Assembly: GCA_020444065.1 (NCBI GenBank)
Contig: JAHLLQ010000010.1
Location: 11,677-75,676 of the forward strand
Direction: 5' to 3'
From: a bacterium
GTDB taxonomy: Bacteria; Sumerlaeota; Sumerlaeia; SLMS01; JAHLLQ01
Length of the DNA stretch: 64,000 nucleotides
The notes beneath the pieces are model-generated. The model made no database searches. It was given only the letters and a program-made list of their open reading frames with translations, and was not told the DNA's origin. The position numbers were made by a program, and so were the translations under genes. The first letter of the stretch is position 1. Every line of letters starts with the position of its first letter. Below are positions 35,021-43,615 of the stretch, piece after piece.

Positions 35021-36175
35021 TCATTTGCGCGCCAGAAAATCCCACACGGCAGATGGGGCTGTCGTCTCGTCGAAGTTCAGGGTCTTCCACTCACCCGAGG
35101 AGTCGCAGAAGGCCAGGGTTGGTACACGATAGACTCCCATTTGAGCCAGTTCGGTTTGGAAATCGGGGTCGTCTCCAGACAGGAAGAAGAGCGTCTTTCC
35201 TGCGAGGAGTTTCTTTGCGTCCTCGTGAAGGAGGTACTTGCGTTCGAAGGCCCGGCAGGCAGTGTTTCCGTTCAATCGCACGTAGACGAAGACCGAGCCG
35301 CTGTTCTTGATCGCCTGGGCGACGCCTAGAGGGCTATAGGGCTGCCAGGAGTTGTTGGTCTGTGAGGATGTGTTCGATTGTTCGGCGGCCGGTGTGCGCA
35401 GGCGATCGAGGTTGATGATGGAATTGCCATCGCTGTCGGCTTCACGAACGTTGGGGTCGCCGATCCAGTCGAATTTGCCGTCGGTCTTCTCGAGGACGAA
35501 CTTGTATCTCTGCGGGCCGGTTGGGATATCGATCGCCTGGTACCAAAGACCGTTCGGAAGCGATTCCATCAGGCACGAGATATCTGTGATGACGCCGCTT
35601 TCGTTGTTGGCGAATTCGTTGAAGTCGCCTGCCAAGTAAACGCGGCGGGCCGATGGCGCCCAGACGCGAAAGAGAACCTTGCCCTGGTCGTTGAGGCGAA
35701 CGGGCGGGCCGGTGGTGGTCATATCGACGCCATATTGCTTGCTGAGTTGTTGGGGGGAGAGGTCGCTTTCGGGCATGATGGAATACGCGAGGACTTCGCG
35801 CGGCGTATCGTCGGGTACGCGGAAGGATGGGCATGGCCCGAGCCAGCCGTTAGAAGATTCCGAATCGGCATCGGCAGCCCATTCATATGTCTGTTCGGCG
35901 TTGGGCTGAATATTCAGTTTCCATCCCCAAACGTGGTCGCCGGCTTGCCGATCGCCATGCTGGCCGTCGTCAAAGAGTGGGAAACGTTTGAAATCGTTCC
36001 ATCCGGAATCGTACTCACCGGTACCCGGGTGCACATTCAGAGCACAGAAGATCTGTTCGTGAGGTGTCGGGTTTCTGCTGTCGTCGAAGATCAATGTCAC
36101 CTCGGCAGCGGATGTCGTTCCGGCCAATCCCAGGATGGCCAGAGCGGACAGAATCGATGTGGCTGTCTTTCTCAT
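35021..36175 (-). CDS. Secreted paralog B: same N-terminal CBM-like + CBM48-like domains, C-terminal thioredoxin-like domain, no catalytic barrel
   Basis: Signal peptide MRKTATSILSALAILGLAGTTSA. SGWNDFKRFPLFDDGQHGDRQAGDHVWG; LWYQAIDIPTGPQRYKFV. Start fixed at ATG 36175. Confidence 0.5.
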   Translation of the reverse strand: MRKTATSILSALAILGLAGTTSAAEVTLIFDDSRNPTPHEQIFCALNVHPGTGEYDSGWNDFKRFPLFDDGQHGDRQAGDHVWGWKLNIQPNAEQTYEWAADADSESSNGWLGPCPSFRVPDDTPREVLAYSIMPESDLSPQQLSKQYGVDMTTTGPPVRLNDQGKVLFRVWAPSARRVYLAGDFNEFANNESGVITDISCLMESLPNGLWYQAIDIPTGPQRYKFVLEKTDGKFDWIGDPNVREADSDGNSIINLDRLRTPAAEQSNTSSQTNNSWQPYSPLGVAQAIKNSGSVFVYVRLNGNTACRAFERKYLLHEDAKKLLAGKTLFFLSGDDPDFQTELAQMGVYRVPTLAFCDSSGEWKTLNFDETTAPSAVWDFLARK

Positions 36176-36195
36176 GTTGATACTCCCGGTCGTGA

Positions 36196-37089
36196 TTAAC
36201 CTTTCAATCCCGTCATGGCGATGCCTTCGATGAACGTGCGCTGTGTGAAGAAGAAGAGCACGACAATCGGCATAACCACGAGGGTTGAGGCGGCCATTAG
36301 CAGGTTCATATCGGTGCCGCCGTGTTTGCTTTGGAAGTGTTGCAGGCCAAGTGCGAGCGTGAACTGGTTCTGGTCCGTGAGGTAAATCAACGGGCCCATG
36401 AAGTCGTTCCACACCATCATGAAGGTGAAGAGTGCAACGACGGTGATGGCGGGTTTTGCGAGTGGTGCAACGATCAGGACAAATGTTCTGAACGGTCCGC
36501 AGCCATCGATTTCGGCGGCTTCGGTCAGGTCCTTCGGGATCGTCATGAAGAACTGGCGCAGCAGAAAGATGTTGTAGGCCGAACCGAAGAAGGCGGGCAC
36601 CCAGAGGGGCATGAATGTTCCGACCCAGCCAAGCGAGCGGAAGATGGAGTACATGGGAACCATGAGGACGGGGAAGGGAATCATCATGGTTGCGAGGCTG
36701 GCGGCGAAGATGGGATCGCGTCCGCGCCAGTTCACACGCGAGAACCCATACGCCGCGAGCGCGCAACTGACAACTGTGCCGCCGACACAGAGCACGCAAA
36801 GGTACAGCGTATTCATGGCGTATTTCCAGAAGGGGATCTTCTGGGTGGCTTCGATGTAGTTCTGCCAGCGGAATGGACTTGGGATCCATTGCGGCGGGAT
36901 CTGCATGGCCTGAGTGAGTTCCTTGAAGGACGTGGTCAGCATCCACAGGAATGGAAAGATGAAGAGAACCGAGAAGAGGATGAGCACGGCGTAAAGGGCA
37001 ACGCGATTAGCGATGTGCCCAAAATCAACGTTCTTCTGGCGTGGCGCGGCGGCGGGCGCATTCATGACGAGGCTCTCAGGTTCCGGCAT
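36196..37089 (-). CDS. Carbohydrate ABC transporter permease (MalG/UgpE-like)
   Basis: 6 TM helices. EAA-loop region and C-terminal LVVMPIVVLFFFTQRTFIEG. Confidence 0.85.
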   Translation of the reverse strand: MPEPESLVMNAPAAAPRQKNVDFGHIANRVALYAVLILFSVLFIFPFLWMLTTSFKELTQAMQIPPQWIPSPFRWQNYIEATQKIPFWKYAMNTLYLCVLCVGGTVVSCALAAYGFSRVNWRGRDPIFAASLATMMIPFPVLMVPMYSIFRSLGWVGTFMPLWVPAFFGSAYNIFLLRQFFMTIPKDLTEAAEIDGCGPFRTFVLIVAPLAKPAITVVALFTFMMVWNDFMGPLIYLTDQNQFTLALGLQHFQSKHGGTDMNLLMAASTLVVMPIVVLFFFTQRTFIEGIAMTGLKG

Positions 37090-37957
37090 AGTAGAGGTAC
37101 CTTCTTGAGACGAAATGTGCGACCGTGGTGAGCACCGCGATCATGAGGAAGAGAATCAATGCCATGGCGCAGGCGTAGCCCATGTTGAGGTATTTGAATG
37201 CGTGATCGAAGAGGTACATGGTGTAGAAGAGAGTGGAGCGCGCGGGGCCTCCGCCGGTCATGACGTACGGGACGGCGAAGACCTGGAGGACGCCGATGCA
37301 GCCCATGATGACATTGAAGTAAATGACCGGCGAGATCATCGGCAGCGTGACGTTGGCGGTTTTTTGCCACCAGTTGGCGCCGTCGAGCGTTGCGGCTTCG
37401 TAGAGGGCTTTGGGAACGTCCTGCAAGCCGGCGAGGTAGATGACGACCGCGTTGCCGACTCCCCAAAGACCGGTGAGGACAAGCGCGGGTTTCGACCAGG
37501 AAGTATCGCCGAGCCAATCGGGTCCGTTAATGTGTGCGAGGGAAAGCGCGTAGTTGATGACGCCGAATCGGCCGTTGAACATCCACTGCCAGAGGATCGC
37601 GAGCGCGACAAGCGGGACGAGCGACGGCAGGAAGAAGATGGTACGGAAGACGGAGCGGCCGATGACCTTTGCGTTCAGCAGCAGGGCCAGTCCGATGGAG
37701 AGAACCGTGCCGAGCGGGAGCGCGAGGAGGGCGAAGAAAACCGTGTTCCACAACGATTGCCAGAAGACCGGATCGGTGGAGAGGTCGCGGTAGTTTCCGA
37801 CGCCGATGAAGATCGGGTCCTTGAGCACGGAGTAATCGCAGAAGCTGTAGTAGAGCGCCATGCCGGACGGCAGGAGAATGAAGCAGGAGAGGCCGATCAG
37901 CCATGGCGCAATAAACAGAAGACCGGTGATGAGGCTGTTTCGTTCGCGTTGGGTCAT
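37076..37957 (-). CDS. Carbohydrate ABC transporter permease (MalF/UgpA-like)
   Basis: Polytopic. EAATLDGANWWQKTANVTLP EAA motif. Overlaps downstream permease start. Confidence 0.85.
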   Translation of the reverse strand: MTQRERNSLITGLLFIAPWLIGLSCFILLPSGMALYYSFCDYSVLKDPIFIGVGNYRDLSTDPVFWQSLWNTVFFALLALPLGTVLSIGLALLLNAKVIGRSVFRTIFFLPSLVPLVALAILWQWMFNGRFGVINYALSLAHINGPDWLGDTSWSKPALVLTGLWGVGNAVVIYLAGLQDVPKALYEAATLDGANWWQKTANVTLPMISPVIYFNVIMGCIGVLQVFAVPYVMTGGGPARSTLFYTMYLFDHAFKYLNMGYACAMALILFLMIAVLTTVAHFVSRRYLYYAGT

Positions 37958-39318
37958 TCTTCCGACCTCCACTCTTCTTTGCGTTCCTCGGCGATGCGTT
38001 TCCATTGTTGGAGCGCTCGGTCGAGTTTCGGTTGGATGCGTTCGCGCACGACGGTCAGGGCCTCGTCGGGTTCGGCTTTATCGCGCCAGATGAGGTCGAA
38101 CGCGTTGGTGAATTCATCGCGGAGTTCGTTGAAGATCTGCGTCTTGGGCGTGTAGCGCGCATTCGGCGATTCGGCCAGGTTGCGGAAGACGCGGATATAA
38201 GGATTTGGGTGTTGCTTGTAGAAATCTTCGGAGACTTCGCGCAGGGGTGAGAACTTGCGCTGGCCGAGGCAGAGCATTTCCATATTCTCCTGGCGCTGGA
38301 CGAACTTGATAAAGTCCCACGCTTCCTCTTTGTGGCGCGCGCCGCGTGGAATGACGAGGACGTCGGCTTCGCAGATCGTGACATCTTTCAGTTCCGGGTC
38401 GCTGGACGGGAACGGCGCGACGGCCCAATTGAGGTCGGGATTGTACTTTTCGACGAAGTTCGCCATCCAGACGCCCTGGAGCTCCATCGCGACTTTGCCG
38501 GAGATGAAGAGGTTTTGCGCGGAGCTGAACTGGCCGCCGGCGGACTGGAAGACCTGGAGGGTCTTGAAGCCGTACTTCTCGGGGTAGCTTTGTACCCAAT
38601 CGTAGGCGGCGATGTTCTCGGGCGAGTCCGTGACGATCTTTGTTCCATCTTTGCTGACGAGGCGACCGCCGAACCAATAGCACCAGCGCTCGTTCCACCA
38701 GCCGGGTTCGGTCGGGCTGAAGCCGAGCTGGGTGATCTCGCCGTCTTCGTCGATCTTGGTGAGCTTCGCGGCGTACTCGTCGAGTTCTGCGATCGTGCGC
38801 GGCGGCCGATTGGGATCGAGGCCGGCTTCGCGGAACATGTCTGTGTTGTAGTGCAGCGCGAGTGTGGCGGGTGTGCTCGGCAATCCCCAGATGAAACCGT
38901 GGTGTTCGCATTGCTCGCTGATGACGGGCAAGTAGCGGTCCATGTCGAAGCCGTCGCGTTCGATCAGTCCATCGAGCGGTTCGAGTGCGCCCATATCGGC
39001 GTAGGTGTAGAGTCGCCAGGCCCAGAAGCCGGCGACGTCGGGCGGGTTGCCTCCGGAGGTTGCGAGCAGGAGTTTCTGCTCGATCTGGCCGGTGCTGAGG
39101 AATTTGACGAAGACCTTGTCTTGCGATGCGTTGTACTTGTCGACGACGGCGCGCATCGCGTCCTTCTCGAAGTCCTCCCACTTTTCCCAGTACTCGACGA
39201 TGACGCGGCCATCCTCTGTGCGGTCGGGTTTTTCGCGCACGCAGGAGGTCAATCCAGTCATCGCGGCGACGAGCACCAGGCCGGCCAACAGAACGTTGAT
39301 TCGATTCTTGAGGCGCAT
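37954..39318 (-). CDS. Extracellular solute-binding protein (family 1) of sugar ABC transporter, lipoprotein
   Basis: Signal peptide/lipobox LTSCV. SBP_bac_1-like length and motifs. Start at ATG 39318. Confidence 0.85.
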   Translation of the reverse strand: MRLKNRINVLLAGLVLVAAMTGLTSCVREKPDRTEDGRVIVEYWEKWEDFEKDAMRAVVDKYNASQDKVFVKFLSTGQIEQKLLLATSGGNPPDVAGFWAWRLYTYADMGALEPLDGLIERDGFDMDRYLPVISEQCEHHGFIWGLPSTPATLALHYNTDMFREAGLDPNRPPRTIAELDEYAAKLTKIDEDGEITQLGFSPTEPGWWNERWCYWFGGRLVSKDGTKIVTDSPENIAAYDWVQSYPEKYGFKTLQVFQSAGGQFSSAQNLFISGKVAMELQGVWMANFVEKYNPDLNWAVAPFPSSDPELKDVTICEADVLVIPRGARHKEEAWDFIKFVQRQENMEMLCLGQRKFSPLREVSEDFYKQHPNPYIRVFRNLAESPNARYTPKTQIFNELRDEFTNAFDLIWRDKAEPDEALTVVRERIQPKLDRALQQWKRIAEERKEEWRSEE

Positions 39319-39425
39319 GGAATACGTCTTCCGAAAACGGGATGTGCTAACTTGTTCAAACCTTGATCGTGGTCGATTGTTCGGGAGGTGCAATCCCTGG
39401 TTCGCGATTCCGCGGCATAGTGCGT

Positions 39426-41267
39426 TTATCCGCCGGCGCCGGAGAGCGATTCCTTTTCGGATGTCGCATCGGCCAGGCCGTAGGCGCCGGTTCCGTATGC
39501 GATGGCATGGGCGACGAAGCCTGCGCAGGTTGCGAAGTGCTCGCCGCTTTCGGGAAGGCCGGTTTCGACGTTGATGCTCTCACAGGCAATGCCGTTGTCC
39601 ATCGGCGCACGGCGCAGGAGATCCAGTCCCTGTTCGACGCGGACGCCGCTGAGGATGCTGTTGCAGGCGCTGAGGATCCAGGGGTGCGGATCGCCGTCGG
39701 TGTGGCGATTACCGAGCTCGCTGAACGGTCCCGGCATGCAGTAGGGGTAGGCCTTGGAATAGAGGTGCTCGACCGTGCGGCGGAAGGTCGCGGCGTCTGC
39801 GCTGCACAACCCGTAGTAGGGGAGCAGAAGCAGGCTGCCGGCAGCCTCGTCGTACATCTCGCAGGAGCCCTTCAGGTCGGCGGCCCACTGATAGAGGCCG
39901 TTGCGGACAAGGTGGTGATCGATCGCCTTGGCAATGGCGTCGACTTCCGCGCGCGCCCATTCGGCTTCTGCGGGCTGGGTTTCTTCAAGAATCGGAATCA
40001 GCATGCGGAGGGTCTGGCGCACGAGTGCGTTGTTGTACGTCAGGACGTCGCGTCCGCCGACGATCAAGTCATCGGTCGGCATCAGTTCCGTGCGGTAGAG
40101 GGCTTCGCCGTCGACACGCCAGGACTTGAGTCGGCGAAGGAGTTCGCGAATTCCGGCGGCAATCTGAGGTTCGCGCCAGGCGGGGTCATCGGGATAAAGG
40201 GCGCACCACTGGCCGACGGCGAGGAGAGGGGCGACGAGTTCGTCGAGCTCGAAGCCATACTCGAGAATCTGGCCGTTGATCTGGCGACTGTGAATTCCGG
40301 CGTGCGGCAACTGCGGGCCGAAGGCGTAGCGAAGCAGTTCGCGGGCGTGCTCTCGGTCGTTTCGCAGAAGGAATGGATACAACCACAACAGCGAGTCGCG
40401 ATCCCAGTAGGCCGCGGACACGTAGTAGCGATGGCTGCGGGACGTCATGGAAACGACACGGCTGGTATCGAGAGTGCGCGCCATGGCATAGAACCGTGCG
40501 AAGTGCGCGTTGCGGTTGGCTTTCGCGGCCAGCCGGTTGTCGCCGGGCACCGGGATGGTGCGTTCAGCCAGCCATTCGACGGTCCGGCGCTGCCATTCCT
40601 TGATGGGGACGCGGTGGGTCTCCAGGTCGGCGGCGCGGGCTCCCACGCGAGACAGCCCCAGGCCAACGACGAGGTCCGCACGGCCCTGGCAATCGACCTC
40701 GATCGAGAAAGCGGAGAGCGTTTCGACGGGCCCGGTGCCGGCATTGAGGCTGTGCTCGCGGCCATTGGCGTGCAGCCGGTAGTCGGCGCCGCCCGGGGAG
40801 CGAAGAGAAATCGTAAAAAGGAGCGTTCCCGCGAAGATTTCGATCACGACGCCTGGGGTGTGAGACCAGTTGAAGTGCTGGATCCGGCAGACCCAATCGG
40901 GCAGCTCGTGGCGGACGTTGATCGTCTGGAAGATGCGGCCGATGTTCATGGTGAAGCGCGCCCCGCGGGGGCCTTCGGGGCCGCGATAGACGAAGAAGCG
41001 CTGGCGCGGCGGGGCGAAGACGCACCCGGCGCGGCCGCCATCGGTGTGCTCGAAGCACGGGATCCAGTGCTGGAGGAAGTGCCACTTCCAGGCGTCGGGT
41101 TCGGTCGCCATGGCGTCGCACGCCAGGAAAGGGGCGCCGTCGCCTTCGACGTCGATCAGCCCGTCGGCCTTCTCGAGGACGATGTTCATGCCTTCGATGG
41201 CGCCATCCGACTCACGAACGGTCGGGAGGGCGATGTACTCGTTTCCGGTTGGGTGATAGGTGGTCAT
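39426..41267 (-). CDS. (alpha/alpha)6-barrel glycoside hydrolase, GH125/GH63/GDE-like (family uncertain)
   Basis: 613 aa, no signal peptide. N-terminal beta-rich region then helical barrel with YYVSAAYWDRDSLLWLYPF (W-x-RDS motif as in GH125). Confidence 0.45.
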   Translation of the reverse strand: MTTYHPTGNEYIALPTVRESDGAIEGMNIVLEKADGLIDVEGDGAPFLACDAMATEPDAWKWHFLQHWIPCFEHTDGGRAGCVFAPPRQRFFVYRGPEGPRGARFTMNIGRIFQTINVRHELPDWVCRIQHFNWSHTPGVVIEIFAGTLLFTISLRSPGGADYRLHANGREHSLNAGTGPVETLSAFSIEVDCQGRADLVVGLGLSRVGARAADLETHRVPIKEWQRRTVEWLAERTIPVPGDNRLAAKANRNAHFARFYAMARTLDTSRVVSMTSRSHRYYVSAAYWDRDSLLWLYPFLLRNDREHARELLRYAFGPQLPHAGIHSRQINGQILEYGFELDELVAPLLAVGQWCALYPDDPAWREPQIAAGIRELLRRLKSWRVDGEALYRTELMPTDDLIVGGRDVLTYNNALVRQTLRMLIPILEETQPAEAEWARAEVDAIAKAIDHHLVRNGLYQWAADLKGSCEMYDEAAGSLLLLPYYGLCSADAATFRRTVEHLYSKAYPYCMPGPFSELGNRHTDGDPHPWILSACNSILSGVRVEQGLDLLRRAPMDNGIACESINVETGLPESGEHFATCAGFVAHAIAYGTGAYGLADATSEKESLSGAGG

Positions 41268-41300
41268 GAGATCTCTCGATAGGGTTCAGTTGGGGTTTGC

Positions 41301-41843
41301 TTACGGTCCGTAGCGGTGGATATCGCCGAAGGAGACGGTGCCGTTGGTCGGGTCGTACTGCACGGGATCGGGGCTGGACTGGAGGCTTTCCTCGAGATCG
41401 GGGCCGAGGCTTTGGAGGCGCCACTTGGCGCTTTCTGCGCCCTCGTGACCGGGGAAGGACTGCCAGACCTGTGGCAGGACGGTGGCGGTGTCTTCTTCGC
41501 AGAGGTAGTCGAAGGTCCGCAGGGGATTGTCGTTATTGGACAGATCCGGGAAGGGGTCCTTTGGAATGGAGGTCATGTAGGCGACCGGGGTGGTGAGGCG
41601 GACCAGTCGTTCGGCGAAGGTCAGGAAGTAGCGCGGGGTGCCGTTTTGGGAGGGCGGGTAGTGGTTGTGGTCGACCGCGTAGGATTCGACCGCCGTAGCG
41701 AGCGAGCGCATGTCTGCCTCAGCGCGGCTGACCTTCGAGCGGGTCTGGGCTTCGAGGAAGTTCGGGACGGCGATGGCCGCAAGAATAGCGATGATAGCAA
41801 CAACGATGAGGAGTTCGATCAGAGTGAAAGCTCTGCGATTCAT
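41301..41843 (-). CDS. Prepilin-type N-terminal cleavage/methylation domain protein (type II pseudopilin-like)
   Basis: MNRRAFTLIELLIVVAIIAILAAIAVPNF class III signal. Confidence 0.6.
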   Translation of the reverse strand: MNRRAFTLIELLIVVAIIAILAAIAVPNFLEAQTRSKVSRAEADMRSLATAVESYAVDHNHYPPSQNGTPRYFLTFAERLVRLTTPVAYMTSIPKDPFPDLSNNDNPLRTFDYLCEEDTATVLPQVWQSFPGHEGAESAKWRLQSLGPDLEESLQSSPDPVQYDPTNGTVSFGDIHRYGP

Positions 41844-41884
41844 GGGGCATTCCTCCAGCGGTTTTGTCGAAGCGCTTCAACCCA

Positions 41885-41900
41885 TGGGCGTCGTTTTTGG
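41885..41900. promoter_or_regulatory. Predicted LacI-family operator palindrome (GTCGAAGCGCTTCAAC)
   Basis: Near-perfect 16-bp palindrome around central CG, 40 bp upstream of the pilin/GH/ABC operon start. Confidence 0.55.
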
Positions 41901-41984
41901 AGCGTTTCTGCGAGGGCGGGAAGACCGGGCTTTGGTCGGGAGAATGGGATGTTTGCTTGAGGAGCAGCGCTGACGTTAGGTTTC

Positions 41985-42000
41985 GTGTAAGCGCTTCAAC
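41985..42000. promoter_or_regulatory. Predicted LacI-family operator (GTGTAAGCGCTTCAAC)
   Basis: Second copy of the palindrome, 100 bp further upstream. Confidence 0.5.
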
Positions 42001-42155
42001 TGGGCGCGTCAAGAGAAAGTCGTTGGGGGCGTGCGGAAAGGTCGCGGGGGAGACCGAGGGGGCGGAAGCGGTTGGATTCGCCAGGCGTGAATATGGGGGT
42101 GTCAGGAACGTAGGAGGGGCAGAGATGAGCACACCTGGATGGACGGAGGCGGAGT

Positions 42156-42380
42156 ATGGGTCTTCTGATGCTGGTTTGCGTGGCGATCGTGTACTATCGA
42201 GCCGCGGAACATGATGGGAAGTCGGGGGGACTGGCCGTTCTGGCGTGCCTGGGATTGTGGTGGCTGCTGGGTTGGGCGGGGCTCGGGACGCTGCTGACTT
42301 GCGTGGCGCTGCTGGTGATTCTCTTCCTGGTGTATCCGACGCTGCAGGTCCTGGGAGAGCTGCTCGTAAAGGGCAAGTGA
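42156..42380 (+). CDS. Small hypothetical membrane protein (74 aa)
   Basis: Two predicted TM helices. Weak evidence. Confidence 0.3.
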   Translation: MGLLMLVCVAIVYYRAAEHDGKSGGLAVLACLGLWWLLGWAGLGTLLTCVALLVILFLVYPTLQVLGELLVKGK

Positions 42381-42430
42381 AGCCGAGCGTTTTCTGTTTG
42401 ACAGCCGCGGGGTGTGGGGCTACGGGTACT

Positions 42431-42446
42431 GTTGAAGCGCTTACAT
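42431..42446. promoter_or_regulatory. Predicted LacI-family operator (GTTGAAGCGCTTACAT) upstream of the lacI-family gene (autoregulation)
   Basis: Same palindrome, 49 bp upstream of ATG 42495. Confidence 0.5.
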
Positions 42447-42494
42447 AGAGGGCCACCTTCCGGGGCGGCGACTTGCCCCAGCGAGCAGACTCCG

Positions 42495-43514
42495 ATGAAC
42501 AAGAAGAGATCGACGATCTACGACATTGCCAAAATGGCGGGCGTTTCCATTGGAACGGTCTCACGCGTGATGAACGGCAAGGACCGTGTCCATCCAGACA
42601 CGCGGGCGCGGATTCTGGCGCTGGCGGAGAAGTACAATTTCCGGCCCAGCGCCGCGGCCCGGGGTCTCGCTCTGAACAAGACCAAGACTCTTATGATGCT
42701 CGTCTCGGACGTGGCCAATGTTTATTTTGCGGAGTTGGCGAAGGAGATCAGCAAGGCGTCTCGCCAGGAGGGATACAAGATCTACCTGGGCGATTCGGAC
42801 GAGACGGTGGAGATCGAAGCGGGGTACTTGCGGGCGCTGCAGGATCGGAGCGTCGATGGACTGCTGATCGCGCCGCTGTCGACGGATGCGAATGTGCCGC
42901 TGTACGGTGACCTGGCGCGGCGCCATTTCCCGATGGTGTTCATCGATACGCACATCGAGGGCGTGGCGGCGACTTGTGTGAAGGTGGATAACGAGCGCGG
43001 TGCGGACCTGGCGGTGGAGTATCTGCAGTCGAAGGGCCGCGACCGGATTGGCTTCGTCAGCGGCGACATCGATTTCCAGACGAACAAGCTGCGGTTCCAG
43101 GGGTTCACGAAGAGCCTGCGAGCGCGGGGGCTGGCGGTGCGGGATGAGTATTTCGTACTGAACCAGCAGTTCCTTGCGACGGAGGGGTTCAGCGGCGTGG
43201 ATCACTTGCTTTCGCTGAGAGAGCCGCCGAATGCGATCTTCGCTTCGAGCGACTTGACAGCCATGGCGTGCGTTCGGGCCGTGTTGGAGCATGGGCTGCG
43301 CGTGCCGGACGATATCGCCGTGGTGGGCTTCGACAATCTGTCGATCAGTGCGCACATGGAGATTCCGCTGACGACCGTTGCGCAGCCGAAGGATCGGATT
43401 GGCGGCACGGCCGTGAAGGAATTGCTGGAGATGATCAACAACTCCGATCATCAGTCGTCGGAGGCGAAGCAGATATTGATCGAACCGAGTCTGGTGGTGC
43501 GCGAGTCCGCGTAG
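42495..43514 (+). CDS. LacI-family transcriptional regulator
   Basis: HTH TIYDIAKMAGVSIGTVSRVMNG. Periplasmic-binding-fold C-terminus. Confidence 0.85.
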   Translation: MNKKRSTIYDIAKMAGVSIGTVSRVMNGKDRVHPDTRARILALAEKYNFRPSAAARGLALNKTKTLMMLVSDVANVYFAELAKEISKASRQEGYKIYLGDSDETVEIEAGYLRALQDRSVDGLLIAPLSTDANVPLYGDLARRHFPMVFIDTHIEGVAATCVKVDNERGADLAVEYLQSKGRDRIGFVSGDIDFQTNKLRFQGFTKSLRARGLAVRDEYFVLNQQFLATEGFSGVDHLLSLREPPNAIFASSDLTAMACVRAVLEHGLRVPDDIAVVGFDNLSISAHMEIPLTTVAQPKDRIGGTAVKELLEMINNSDHQSSEAKQILIEPSLVVRESA

Positions 43515-43542
43515 AGTCCCCGTGTGATTTTCGAATGGTCAG

Positions 43543-43580
43543 ACAGAAACAAGAAGAGCCGAGGACAGGATGTTGTCCCC
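43543..43580. terminator. Bidirectional terminator-like nested hairpin
   Basis: AGAAGAGCCG-aGGACAggatgtTGTCCc-CGGCTCTTCT between convergent genes. Inner hairpin resembles the repeat-family hairpin B. Confidence 0.55.
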
Positions 43581-43615
43581 GGCTCTTCTGATTTCTTGCG
43601 AGGTTTCTGTCGTTC

